DNA of 64,000 nucleotides from Eledone cirrhosa (Eukaryota): positions 80,352,001 to 80,416,000 of the forward strand of contig OZ024744.1 of the NCBI GenBank assembly GCA_964016885.1, given 5' to 3'. Within the stretch, counting starts at the first letter, position 1. Each line of letters opens with the position of its first letter. Below the pieces are notes generated by a model. The model saw only the letters and a program-made list of their open reading frames with translations, did not search any database and had not been told where the DNA came from. This document shows positions 1-9,880 of the stretch, one piece after another. A program made the translations under genes and the position numbers.

Positions 1-330
1 TGGTCAACTAACTTAATACCTCTATAATTTCCCCTATCTAGAGCATCCCCTTTACCTTTGTAGCAGTTAATGATGATGCTGCTACGCCAGTCTTTCGGTA
101 TGACCCCATTCTGTATTACTTGGTTAACTATACAGGTGACCATAGTGTGTCCCACCATACCAGGTTCCTTCAACATCTCAGCAACTATCTCCGAAGGCCC
201 AGCTACTTTGCCTGTCTTCATATCTTTGATTGCCTTACTTATTATCTTTAACTTGCACTGCTGGTCCTTCTATTGGATCGATTTGGGGCAGACTATCTTT
301 TTCCCATTTATTCTCCTCATTTATTCTCCT
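1..330 (-). mobile_element. RTE-clade LINE fragment, N-terminal part of reverse transcriptase (degenerate)
   Basis: Manual minus-strand translation gives SKAIKDMKTGKVAGPSEIVAEMLKEPG...IPKDWRSSIIINCYKGKGDALDRGNYRGIKLVD, the typical K-x-x-G-P-x-x-I-x-x-E / W-x-x-S-x-I / NYRGI region at the start of non-LTR RT. It runs off the window edge. Confidence 0.85.
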
Positions 331-546
331 CAAGCTCACCGACATACAGAGTTGACATTGCACTCAGTGCTCCTGTGGGAGCCCCTACATGGACACACTG
401 GAAGAGGAAGACCAAGGTTAACGTATGTTGATGCCCTAAGGAAAGATACTGGTCTGTGGGAGACACAGGACATGGCAGCGATAATGAGGGACAGAGACCA
501 CTGGAGAGAACTCATCTATGAATCTCGGGAATTTTACCCGCCCTAG
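331..546 (+). mobile_element. RTE-clade LINE 3' end (ORF C-terminus)
   Basis: C-terminal half of ORF 70..546: LLWEPLHGHTGRGRPRLTYVDALRKDTG...MRDRDHWRELI matches the RTE C-terminal GRP...DR..W signature. A short A-run follows. Confidence 0.8.
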
Positions 547-1127
547 AAAAAAAAGTATGAAATTTGTAAAAATTTGTTTTTTTTTCTACAAATTTCATAC
601 GTGATGACCCAATATATATATAGTAGTAGTAATTTAGTAATAGGTCGGTAAAATATCCAATAGAGCAACTCAAGTCCGTAGGGTGTGAATTTGAATATAA
701 TTATTATGGCCAGTTACCACAACGGCGCTATACTAGGTACGTATGTTTTGTTAGCCCTGAGGACAATGTTGTGCTGATGAAAACGAACCAGTTAATAATT
801 ATATATATATATATGTGTATGTGTGTGTGTATTTTCTTCTTATTCTATTCAGGTAGGTCCTGTCAGAAGCAACCGTTTCTAACCGATCCGAATGGATCCT
901 CAAGCGAGACCAACCGAGCTCATGAATGTTATCCAACCATCTCTTGAAATGAAGCCCCAGAACACAATATACAGTGAATATACAACATTCAGCGTATATA
1001 TATAAAAAAAAAAATTTTTAACTAGCACTTCCCACGTTGATGTATACTGAAAAATGAAAATGAAATACAATTTACAGCTCACATCTTTGTAGGTTTAGTT
1101 GGCCACCAATGGAGTTGCTTCCCTTAA

Positions 1128-1337
1128 CCCTTTAGCATTTAAACCGGCCGTAACCGGCCAGAACTCTGTCACCTCTTTCTGTTCAAACTGGCTGAAACCA
1201 GCCACTCATACTGATATTAACATACTGTTCTCAAAATAAATAATATGAAAATCTCATAGATTCGATATAATGTGAAATAATTGTGAGGTAAATCTTTTAC
1301 TGCAAAAATACAATAGAGTAATGTAAATGCTAAAGGG
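1128..1337. mobile_element. piggyBac-like MITE (210 bp)
   Basis: Perfect 14-bp TIRs CCCTTTAGCATTTA / TAAATGCTAAAGGG, with TTAA on both sides (1124-1127, 1338-1341). Confidence 0.85.
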
Positions 1338-1341
1338 TTAA

Positions 1342-1451
1342 AAGCACTGCGAAATAGAGTGTCTTGCGCACGAATAGAACACGCCTGGTTCGACATTAGG
1401 ACCTATGACATTATGGTTGTAAGTTCAAAGGTCTAACCACTAAGCCATGCA
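1342..1451 (-). mobile_element. tRNA-derived SINE 5' fragment
   Basis: Minus strand begins GCATGGCTTAGTGGTTAG (A-box-like head) and continues to ...CAAGACACT..TTTC, similar to the SINEs at 4206 and 58153. Confidence 0.55.
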
Positions 1452-1949
1452 TATTCTGTTTGCCATTTATTGCAGCTTCCTGCATTGCATGGAAGTATCT
1501 TTCAATGCAGAATGTTAGGAACTTGTCGGAACACCATGTCAGTATTTTAGTATAGTTTATCCCCTCTATGGTCTTTTTTTCACCTCAAGTTCCCAAGTAG
1601 TACCTCTGCAGTGAATTGATTCATTTAAAAAAAAATTTTGTTCAATCATACACTAGAGTCAGAGTTATCCAATGTTCCCGAGAGAGAAATTTGTACGAGT
1701 TTTTATTTTAAGTATGTATGTTCTTCTGGTTTTATAATTTCACAAATCTTTGCCAATAGAGAGAAAGAGTCGGTTTGTAACATAGACACAAGACTCTCTC
1801 ATTGGAATTTACACAACATCAACTAGGTAGGTTATGTATGCATGTGTGCATGTGTGTGCAGGTATGGATGTTATTTTATGTGTGGATGTGTATGTTTTGA
1901 GTTGTATGTGTGCATGTGTATATGCTTTGTACAAGGGTATATGCAGTTA

Positions 1950-2332
1950 TTAAATGCAGAATTTTTGGAATGTTTTACATATTTTTACTGTTCCATTAAT
2001 GGATTGTACTTATAATTTCCTAACTAGTTGTGTTCTTTCTGTTTCTGTGAAATCCAGCTTCTCAAGATTTGTATTGAGGCAGTTACTAACATACCCCAGT
2101 GCCCCAATAATCCCAGGCATAAATCTGAAGGTGTAATCAGGGTGGAGTATCTGCAGATTTCTCATCAGTTCTGCATAAATATTCTCCTTTTCGCTAATCT
2201 TTTATATTATATTGGCATATGCTGGACAGCTAATTTCCACTACTGTGCATGTTTTCTTCTCCCTGTCCCATATCATAATATCTGGTCTGTTATGCCTGCA
2301 TTTTATTGGGGTTTTACTGGAACATTCCACCG
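1950..2332 (-). mobile_element. R4/Dong-like (restriction-like endonuclease) LINE 3' fragment, pseudogenised
   Basis: Manual translation across frameshifts and stops: WNVPVKTPIKCRHNRPDIMIWDREKKTCTVVEISCP...EKENIYAELMRNLQILHPDYTFRFMPGIIGALG...GTVKICKTFQKF*. This is a PD-(D/E)xK-type RLE domain. It is absent from the ORF track. Confidence 0.8.
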
Positions 2333-2467
2333 GTACTCTTTCATATTACATATGTGTATGTCTTTTTTATATGTCAGGTTTGAGACAAAAGATGCAAATC
2401 ATCCGGTAGCCTTAAGAAACATAAAATCCACAAAGATAGGGATGATCCATGGAAAAACACTTTAGAT

Positions 2468-2790
2468 CATGTACGTACGTAGGTATGCATATATATATGT
2501 ACGTATTATGTATACATGCATATGCGTATGTATGTAGTATGTATGTATGTACGTACGTATGCATATATGTATGTACGTATGTATGCATGTATGTATGTAC
2601 GTACGTACATATGTATGTGCGTACATACGTATGTATGTATATATGTATGCAAGTATGTATGTTTGTATGTATGTATGTACGTATGTATGTATGTGTGTGT
2701 GTGTGTCCATGTATGTATACATGATGTATGTATGTATGCACGTATGTATATATATGTATGTACGTATGTATACATGATGTATGTATGGGT
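2468..2790. repeat. Imperfect (TATG)n/(TACG)n microsatellite
   Basis: Direct reading. Confidence 0.95.
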
Positions 2791-3011
2791 GTGCGTGCAC
2801 TTTGGGCTCTGAGAATGTGTCTGCTATGAATGCAGAATGTGTTTCTATATGTGTGTGTGTGTGTGAGCGAGTGTATATATATATATACGTGTGTATATAT
2901 GTATGTGTATATTTAGACTTGTAGGCACCTTCAGGAAGAACTAAATATAGAACTACTCGTAATTGACAGTTGAATCTTTTCTGAAGATTTCAAGTGTTTT
3001 GACAATAGGAA

Positions 3012-3306
3012 ACACACTCAAACACATACATATACATACACACATGCATACTCACATGCAAAGACATACACACATACATATACATACACACATATAGACA
3101 TACACACATACGCATACATATACACACATATACACTCACATACAGATACACACACATACACACATACATATACATACACACACATACACATACATCCCCC
3201 CACATACATACACACACATACACACACATACACACACATACACACACATACATACACATACAAACACAGACATATATACACACATACATACAAACATATG
3301 CATGCA

Positions 3307-3346
<40 letters not shown>

Positions 3347-3762
3347 TATACACACACACAGACACACATGCACACATACATACAAACACACATACAGATA
3401 CACACACATACACGCACACGCACACACACATACACACATACATACAGACCACTGCACACACATACATACATACACACACATACACATACATACACACACA
3501 TACACACACATACACACACATACACACACACACACACACACTCACACACAAACACACATACACATACATACAAACACACACACACATACAGATAAACACA
3601 TATACAAATACACACACATACACACATATAAATGCATATGCACACATACACATACACACACACATACACATACAAACTTACATACGCACACATATACACA
3701 TACACACTTACATACATACACATACACACACACATACCCAAACACATACATACACACATATC
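3012..3762. repeat. Imperfect (CA)n/(CATA)n microsatellite
   Basis: Direct reading. Confidence 0.95.
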
Positions 3763-3952
3763 TATTAATTTGCTTCTCCCTCTCTTTCTCTAGAAAGATA
3801 AACAGATACATAGGCTTGTACCTCAGGTGGGAGCAAGAGAACTTTCTAGGTGCAAATCCTATTGTCTCTCGTGACCATAGGGTCTTTTTACTCTTTAATA
3901 TTTTATATATCATCATTATCATCACCATTTAACGTCCATTTTCCCACATGTG

Positions 3953-4031
<79 letters not shown>

Positions 4032-4205
4032 ATATACATGCATACATACATACATAAATACACATATATACAGACACATGTATATACATACATACACACA
4101 CACACAAGTAGAGAGATGCTGTGCTGAATAGGACCTGTCCCACCCTTACAAGCAGGGAAAAGCGGATGTAAAATGATGATGATGATGATGATGATGATAT
4201 ATACA

Positions 4206-4460
4206 TGTGTTTTCTTGAGCAAGACACTTTATTTCACATTGCTCCAGTTTACTCAGCTGTAGAAATGAGATGATGGGGTCCATATCATTCCACTGCAAAG
4301 TGGTCGTGGAAGTGCTACAGAAAAAAAGCACCCAGCACTCACTGTAAATGAGGTTGGTGTTAGGAAGGGCATCCAGCTATAGAAATCAAGCCAGAATCAG
4401 TTCCTGTCCCACCCTTGCAACCAGGGAAAAGCGGACAAAAAATGATGATGATGATGAATG
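4206..4460 (+). mobile_element. SINE fragment (core plus 3' tail ending in (GAT)n)
   Basis: TTGAGCAAGACACTTTATTTCACATTGCTCCAG core shared with 58226-58260. The tail AGGAAGGGCATCCAGC...GGGAAAAGCGGAC..(ATG)n is partly duplicated at 4130-4197. Confidence 0.65.
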
Positions 4461-4656
4461 ATGATACATGTGGGAAAATGGACGTTAAACGGTAATGATG
4501 ATGATAATGATGATATATATATATATATATGTAGGAGGTGAGTTTTATTGTAGTACAATAAAGCAATGCAGATATCGGATTAGAAGCACTCTACAGTTTG
4601 TAGGACTGGAGTATACATAATATATAAGATCAAAAGATGGTTAAAAGAGTTCCATG

Positions 4657-4727
4657 TATTTTATTATGCGCATTTCAAAAATAAATATCATCATGCAATA
4701 ACATTTGTGTTTTCATCAGATAAAATA
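4657..4727 (-). ncRNA. Minimal hammerhead ribozyme (type I topology)
   Basis: Reverse complement reads TATTTTAT-CTGATGA-stem II-GAAA-TGCGCA-TA-ATAAAATA. Helix I is 8 bp and the helix III region is palindromic. Confidence 0.8.
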
Positions 4728-4837
4728 GGAAGACATGATATGAAGGTTAAAAAACACTTGTGAATAGTGCAGTTATATATGTTGATTTAAAACTGCACTA
4801 TTCACAAGTGTTTTTTAACCTTCATATCATGTCTTCC

Positions 4838-4908
4838 TATTTTATCTGATGAAAACACAAATGTTATTGCATGATGATATTTGTTTTTGAAATGCGCATA
4901 ATAAAATA
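4838..4908 (+). ncRNA. Minimal hammerhead ribozyme (type I topology)
   Basis: TATTTTAT(4838)-CTGATGA(4846)-AAACACAAATGTTATT..GATGATATTTGTTTTT-GAAA(4889)-TGCGCA-TA-ATAAAATA. Confidence 0.82.
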
Positions 4909-5246
4909 CATGGAACTCTTTTAACCATCTTTTGATCTTTTGATCTTATATATTATATATATATATATATATATGTACCTAATTGTATCTGCTTATTTTC
5001 CCCCGAATCTTCAACGAGAATGTATGCCATGATGGCTACCTATCTCACCATTTCCCTCCCCCTCACACCACCATAGGCTTTTCGACCAATCCAACCACAG
5101 CAACATATCTTCAGCCATTTCCCGCGCCAACAAATTCTGCCATTACTACTACCGCCTTTTCTATCCCTGCCCCAAAGGAATTTCTGTTTATCGTTATCTA
5201 TGGATGAGCTGAGGATGATGGAACAACCCCGAGTAAATAAATAAAT

Positions 5247-6722
5247 ATGAATCCACGCGTTACCAAGCGTCCATGCGAAGCCTCAACTCAGAGAGAGCAA
5301 GCATACACACTCCCCCACAAAAATTCACCCTCTCCCACCAATGACGGTAAATGCCCAAAACTCCGAGCTGGAACCATCAATGTGAGCACAATGAAAGGAA
5401 GAGCAAGAGAAATCATAGAGATGTTAAAGTGAAAGGAAATTGATGTATGCTGTGTGCAAGAGACTAGATGGAGAGGAGAGTCTGCTAGAGTCCTTGTAGG
5501 CAAAAATCAGTGTTACAAATTTTTCTGGATGGGAAATGACAACGGGTTGGGTGGTGTAGGTATACTATTAGCTGACAAATGGGTAGATAAGTTAATCTCA
5601 GTGAACAGGGTGAATGCAAGAATCATTAAACTCAGACTAGTCCTGAATAAAACAATTGCTACAATTATATCCTCTTACACACTCCAATCTGGGTTGCCAG
5701 ATGAACTTAAGGATAGGTTTTACGAGTCTTTAATGCACACTACTACCCTAACAACAATGACTTCCTAATCATTACAGGAGACTTTAACGGACACGTTGGG
5801 CAACACCGTGACGGCTTCTATAGAGTCCATAGAGGCTATGGGTTTGGCACAAGAAAGGAAGAAGTCTTCAGGCTTCTAGAATTCTGTGACGCCAATCACA
5901 TGTTGATATGTAACACAAAGTTAAAAAAACCTGACAACCATCTGATCACCTATAGATCAGGGGAGCATTCTTGTCAGATAGATCCTATCCTTATCAGAGG
6001 ATGAGATAGATGGACGGTTGTAAACACAAAAGCCTTCCCTGGTGAGGAATGTACCTCCCAACATAACTTAGTTGTCAGTGACCTCATCATCAGAATGAGA
6101 GGAACTTGGAAACAGAAGGCAATTTGGGAAAGAAAGATCTGGAAGCTGAAAGACCCCTCAGCCAGTAAGAGATTTAAAGATATCTTACTCGACACAAAGA
6201 AGAACAGATAGAAACATTCAATATAGAAGAGCACTGGGAGTTCCTAAAAATAATTTACTAAAAACAACAGACGAGGTTTGTGGTTGGAGCAAGACCACAG
6301 CAAGAAAGAGGGACCTGGTGCTGGAACAATAAGGTAGATGAGGCAATTAAGACTAAGAGAAACAATGGAAACAATGGAAGAACGGTACATTACATAGAGA
6401 CCAGGACGGAAGCTAGGCGACAAGTATACTTAGTTAGAAGAGAAGCAGAGGATTGAAAATTCAAGCATGTTTTGCAGCACAAGGTCCAGAAATAGGAGGT
6501 GTTCAGGATTGCGAGGCAGTGTGTTAGAGAAGTGTGTCCAGAATGATAAAGGTGAGCTTGCCCTCACAAATGCCAAGAAGAAAGCTGCGTGAAAGAGCCA
6601 TTATGAAAGATTACTGAATTAGGAGAATGCATGGGAGAAAGAGACCCTACTCCAAGTGGATCCTACAGAGGGCTCAGCAATACAAGTCAGCAGTAGTGTA
6701 GTAAGTAAGGCAATTAAAGATA
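5247..6722 (+). mobile_element. RTE/BovB-like LINE fragment (APE endonuclease plus linker), pseudogenised
   Basis: LRAGTINVSTMKGR..EIDVCCVQETRWRG...GGVGILL...RIIKLRL...GDFNGHVG...FCDANHMLICNT are APE motifs. There are many stops and frameshifts. It is truncated at ...VSKAIKD just before the RT core. Confidence 0.88.
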
Positions 6723-6730
6723 AAAATTGT

Positions 6731-6826
6731 TTATTTATTATAATTATTTCAACAGTTCTCTCATGCAATCAAGATGTAATTCATGCATTTGTTGTTGTTA
6801 TGAGAACGGTATCATCAGAAGAAATT
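6731..6826 (-). ncRNA. Degenerate hammerhead-like motif
   Basis: Minus strand: AATTTCTT-CTGATGA-TACCGTTCTC...GAGAACTGTT-GAAA-TAATTA-TA-ATAAATAA. The core and palindrome are intact but helix I pairs poorly. Confidence 0.42.
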
Positions 6827-6980
6827 CGATTTTCTGATATGCCACCGGCAGGAATAAACACACGTCCTTCTGCTCGTGTGTCCAGCAGACATATGAGTTC
6901 CTGAAAGGGTCTCCCAGCCGTCGTGTTTACTGGAGTGTCAATTAGCGAAATCAGGATTCACGCATCTCCCATGGAGTTGA

Positions 6981-7119
6981 GGTCGTAAATCAGACAAAAG
7001 GTAACCCCTTAAGTATGTTGTGTTGATCTGTATCAAACGATAGTTTATGGGGTCGTAAATCAGACAAAAGGTAACCCCCCAAGTATGTTGTGTTGATCTG
7101 TATCAAATGATAGTCTATG
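6981..7119. repeat. 70-bp tandem duplication (2 copies)
   Basis: GGTCGTAAATCAGACAAAAGGTAACCCC... starts at 6981 and 7051 with few mismatches. Confidence 0.9.
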
Positions 7120-7146
7120 CGTCGCCAGATTCCAGTAGATAGTGGA

Positions 7147-7470
7147 AGCAATAAATGGAACTCTTTGGGAGGGCGAGGTATATATTTTGTTGACAGCCAC
7201 ATTCAAGACAACAGCTACAACAACAATGACAACAATAGCAAACACTGACCAACTTGCCTACACCGGCCATTGCAGTCGTAGAGATAGTACTACCCCACAA
7301 ACAACAACAACGATAACAACAGACGACAGCAATAAATGGAACTCTGAGGTAGGGCGATATACACACTTGATGGCATCCATCCTCAAGACAAATGCAAAAA
7401 CAACAACGGCAACAACGCCCCATCGCCCACACTGGTCGTCACAGTAGTAGTGATATTAGTACCCAGCAAA
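7147..7470. repeat. Diverged ~180-bp tandem repeat (2 copies) with CAA tracts
   Basis: AGCAATAAATGGAACTCT at 7147 and 7328, followed by colinear similarity (CAAGACAA, CACCGG/CACTGG, TAGTAC). Confidence 0.7.
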
Positions 7471-7834
7471 TGGCAGCGAGTACATCCCTACCCGAGAGCC
7501 AGGCAGCGGCAACACTACTAACAACAATAACACCAGTAATGAACCCATCATGGCAACAACGGCAACAAAAAAGACTTGGTGGTGCCGGTCACTGTAAATA
7601 AATTCTTACATTAATAACAGTACTAACATAATAATCATAGCAATCATCGCTTCCACCCTATAGCACAAGGCCAGCAATAATCACAGTTCAGAATAGTAAT
7701 TAACCACAATAGTAGTCAGTCGTAACTACATTGGTATTAATGCTATCGGGTCTTAAACATTTCTCTCTATTTTTCAGCCTCTTTGATTGTGTTTACCATT
7801 ATTATATTCTTTATTAGATAACTTTTATACAATT

Positions 7835-7894
7835 AACACCTGATGATGTCACCAGGATCGTACGGAACCTGGTCATTGAAATGTGCATAGTGTT
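7835..7894 (+). ncRNA. Minimal hammerhead ribozyme
   Basis: AACAC-CTGATGA-TGTC-ACCAGG(loop)CCTGGT-CATT-GAAA-TGTGCA-TA-GTGTT, followed by AATAAA. Confidence 0.8.
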
Positions 7895-7975
7895 TGTAAT
7901 AAATCTTTGAAGGAATTTCACCAGTCCAGCCTCCTGTCATTTTACTCAATAATATCTATCTATCTGTGTGTGTGT

Positions 7976-8225
7976 ATATATATATAAGCGAAAATGTCTG
8001 TCTGTATGCAGGTGATGCATTTCCACAGATTCCATCCGATTTTGTTCAAATTTGATACATAGGTTATTTAGCTCCTGGAGCATGTCAAAAAATAGTTTAA
8101 ATGTTGCTCTCCCCTAAAATAGTAGAGTTTTGGGGCTATTCATAGACAGCTATGTTGATGAGACAGGGAGGTCTCTATTTACAGTTGCGAAAGGTGTGCC
8201 CGGTAACGACGGGCTGTTTTGCTAG
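7976..8225 (+). mobile_element. Non-autonomous Helitron
   Basis: 5' TATATATAAG...GTCTGTCTGT. 3' hairpin GCCCG-GTAACGA-CGGGC ending ~7 nt before a terminal CTAG followed by T. Confidence 0.7.
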
Positions 8226-8241
8226 TTTATTTAATAAATAA

Positions 8242-8405
8242 TTGTTTCTACTTTAGGCACAAGGCCAGCAATTATCCAGTACATTACTGGTACTTTATTT
8301 TATCGACCCCGTAAGGATGAAAGGCAAAGTTAACCTTGGCGGGATTTGAACTCCGTAAAGGGACGTAACTATTCTAGAAAGCATGGCGTCCAACCCTCTA
8401 CCGAT
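8242..8405 (-). mobile_element. SINE fragment (same family as 52311-52397)
   Basis: GGCACAAGGCCAGCAATT...GGTACTTTATTTTATCGACCCCGTAAGGATGAAAGGCAAAG...GGGATTTGAACTC. The reverse complement includes a B-box-like GAGTTCAAATCC. Confidence 0.72.
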
Positions 8406-8516
8406 TTAATAAATAATAAATCAAACTGTCCCGGTTTTTGTCAAGCTAACAGGAATGAAAAACCGAAACTCATGATTGGATAGATGTCAGAGAAATATAT
8501 AGACAAAAACCTATTC

Positions 8517-9255
8517 TCACCATCATCACCATCATCACCACCACCACCATCATCACCATCATCACCATCATCACCACCATCACCACCATCATCACCACCA
8601 CCACCATCATCACCATCATCACCATCATCATCACCATCATTACCATCATCACCATCACCATCATCACCACCATCACCACCATCACCACCACCACCACCAT
8701 CATCACCATCATCACCATCATCACCATCATCATCACCATCATCACCATCACCATCAACATCATCATCACCACCACCACCATCACCACCATCACCACCATC
8801 ACCATCATCACCACCATCACCACCATCACCACCACCACCATCACCATCATCACCATCATCACCATCATCATCACCATCATTACCATCATCACCATCACCA
8901 TCAACATCATCATCACCACCACCACCATCACCACCATCATCACCATCATCACCATCATCACCATCATCACCACCATCACCATCATCACCATCATCACCAT
9001 TATCACCATCATCATCACCACCATCACCATCATCACCATCATCACCATCATCACCATCATCACCACCATCACCACCATCACCACCACCACCACCACCATC
9101 ACCATCATCACCATCATCACCATCATCATCACCATCATTACCATCATCACCATCACCATCAACATCATCATCACCACCACCACCATCACCACCATCATCA
9201 CCATCATCACCATCATCACCACCATCACCATCATCACCGTCATCACCACCATCAT

Positions 9256-9286
<31 letters not shown>

Positions 9287-9315
9287 ACGGCTATTCTTAG
9301 TACATTCATCACCAT

Positions 9316-9377
<62 letters not shown>

Positions 9378-9880
9378 TAAACACCACCATCACCATCAGG
9401 ACTATGATTAGTAGATTTATCACCATCACCATCAGCAACACTACCCCAGCCCCATCTTTATCTCCATCACCATCACCATTACTAGCAGACTCATCATCAT
9501 CATTATCATCATCAGCACGATTATGAACTTATCATCCCCCCCACCACCATCTCGTCCCCATCACCAGCATGACTGCCATCAGTAAATTTCACACCACCAT
9601 CATCACCGTCACCATCACCACCACAATCACCTCAATCATCATGATCATCATCACCAGCATGACTATTATCGGTTCATTTATAACGCCCATCACCATCATC
9701 ATCATCACCACCATCACAACAATCACTACAACCATAACCTTCACCACCGTCACCACTACCGGCATCTCCACCATTATCATCTACACCACCACCACCACCA
9801 CCAGCATCATCATTACTACTACCATCATCATCACCATCGCTATCACCAGCACGCCTGCCAACCCCACCACCATTACAAAC
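8517..9880. repeat. Compound trinucleotide region: (CAT/CAC)n, (CAG)n, (CTA)n, then degenerate triplets
   Basis: Direct reading. (CAT/CAC) spans 8517-9273 and (CTA)n spans ~9318-9368. Confidence 0.95.

Larger units (their letters stand above)
4529..4950. mobile_element. Penelope-like element solo inverted pseudo-LTR (foldback, ~150-bp arms)
   Basis: 4626-4774 is the reverse complement of 4791-4939. The segment closely matches the termini of the GIY-YIG element at 53146-53310 and 56935-57193 and is flanked by (TA)n. Confidence 0.85.

Noticed and set aside
70-546. 158-aa ORF as a gene
   Set aside because: It is a chimera of the antisense of one LINE RT fragment and the C-terminus of another.
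555-600. 14-bp inverted repeat with a T-run, terminator-like
   Set aside because: Eukaryotic context at a LINE 3' junction. It is more likely a local template-switch scar, and no function can be supported.
855-930. Possible minus-strand hammerhead (TTGAGGA..GAAAC)
   Set aside because: The core is non-canonical and helices I and III cannot be formed convincingly.
2975-3025. CTGAAGA...GAAAC hammerhead-like spacing
   Set aside because: Helix II is weak and there is no palindrome or helix I partner; the sequence runs into a microsatellite.
2412-4331. Many YVCM/HTHT ORFs, and similar YIYI ORFs at 51-53 kb, 58 kb and 62 kb
   Set aside because: Dinucleotide and tetranucleotide microsatellite artefacts.
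8470-9441. Ser/Pro-rich (+) and Met/Val-rich (-) ORFs
   Set aside because: Pure (CAT/CAC)n microsatellite translations.
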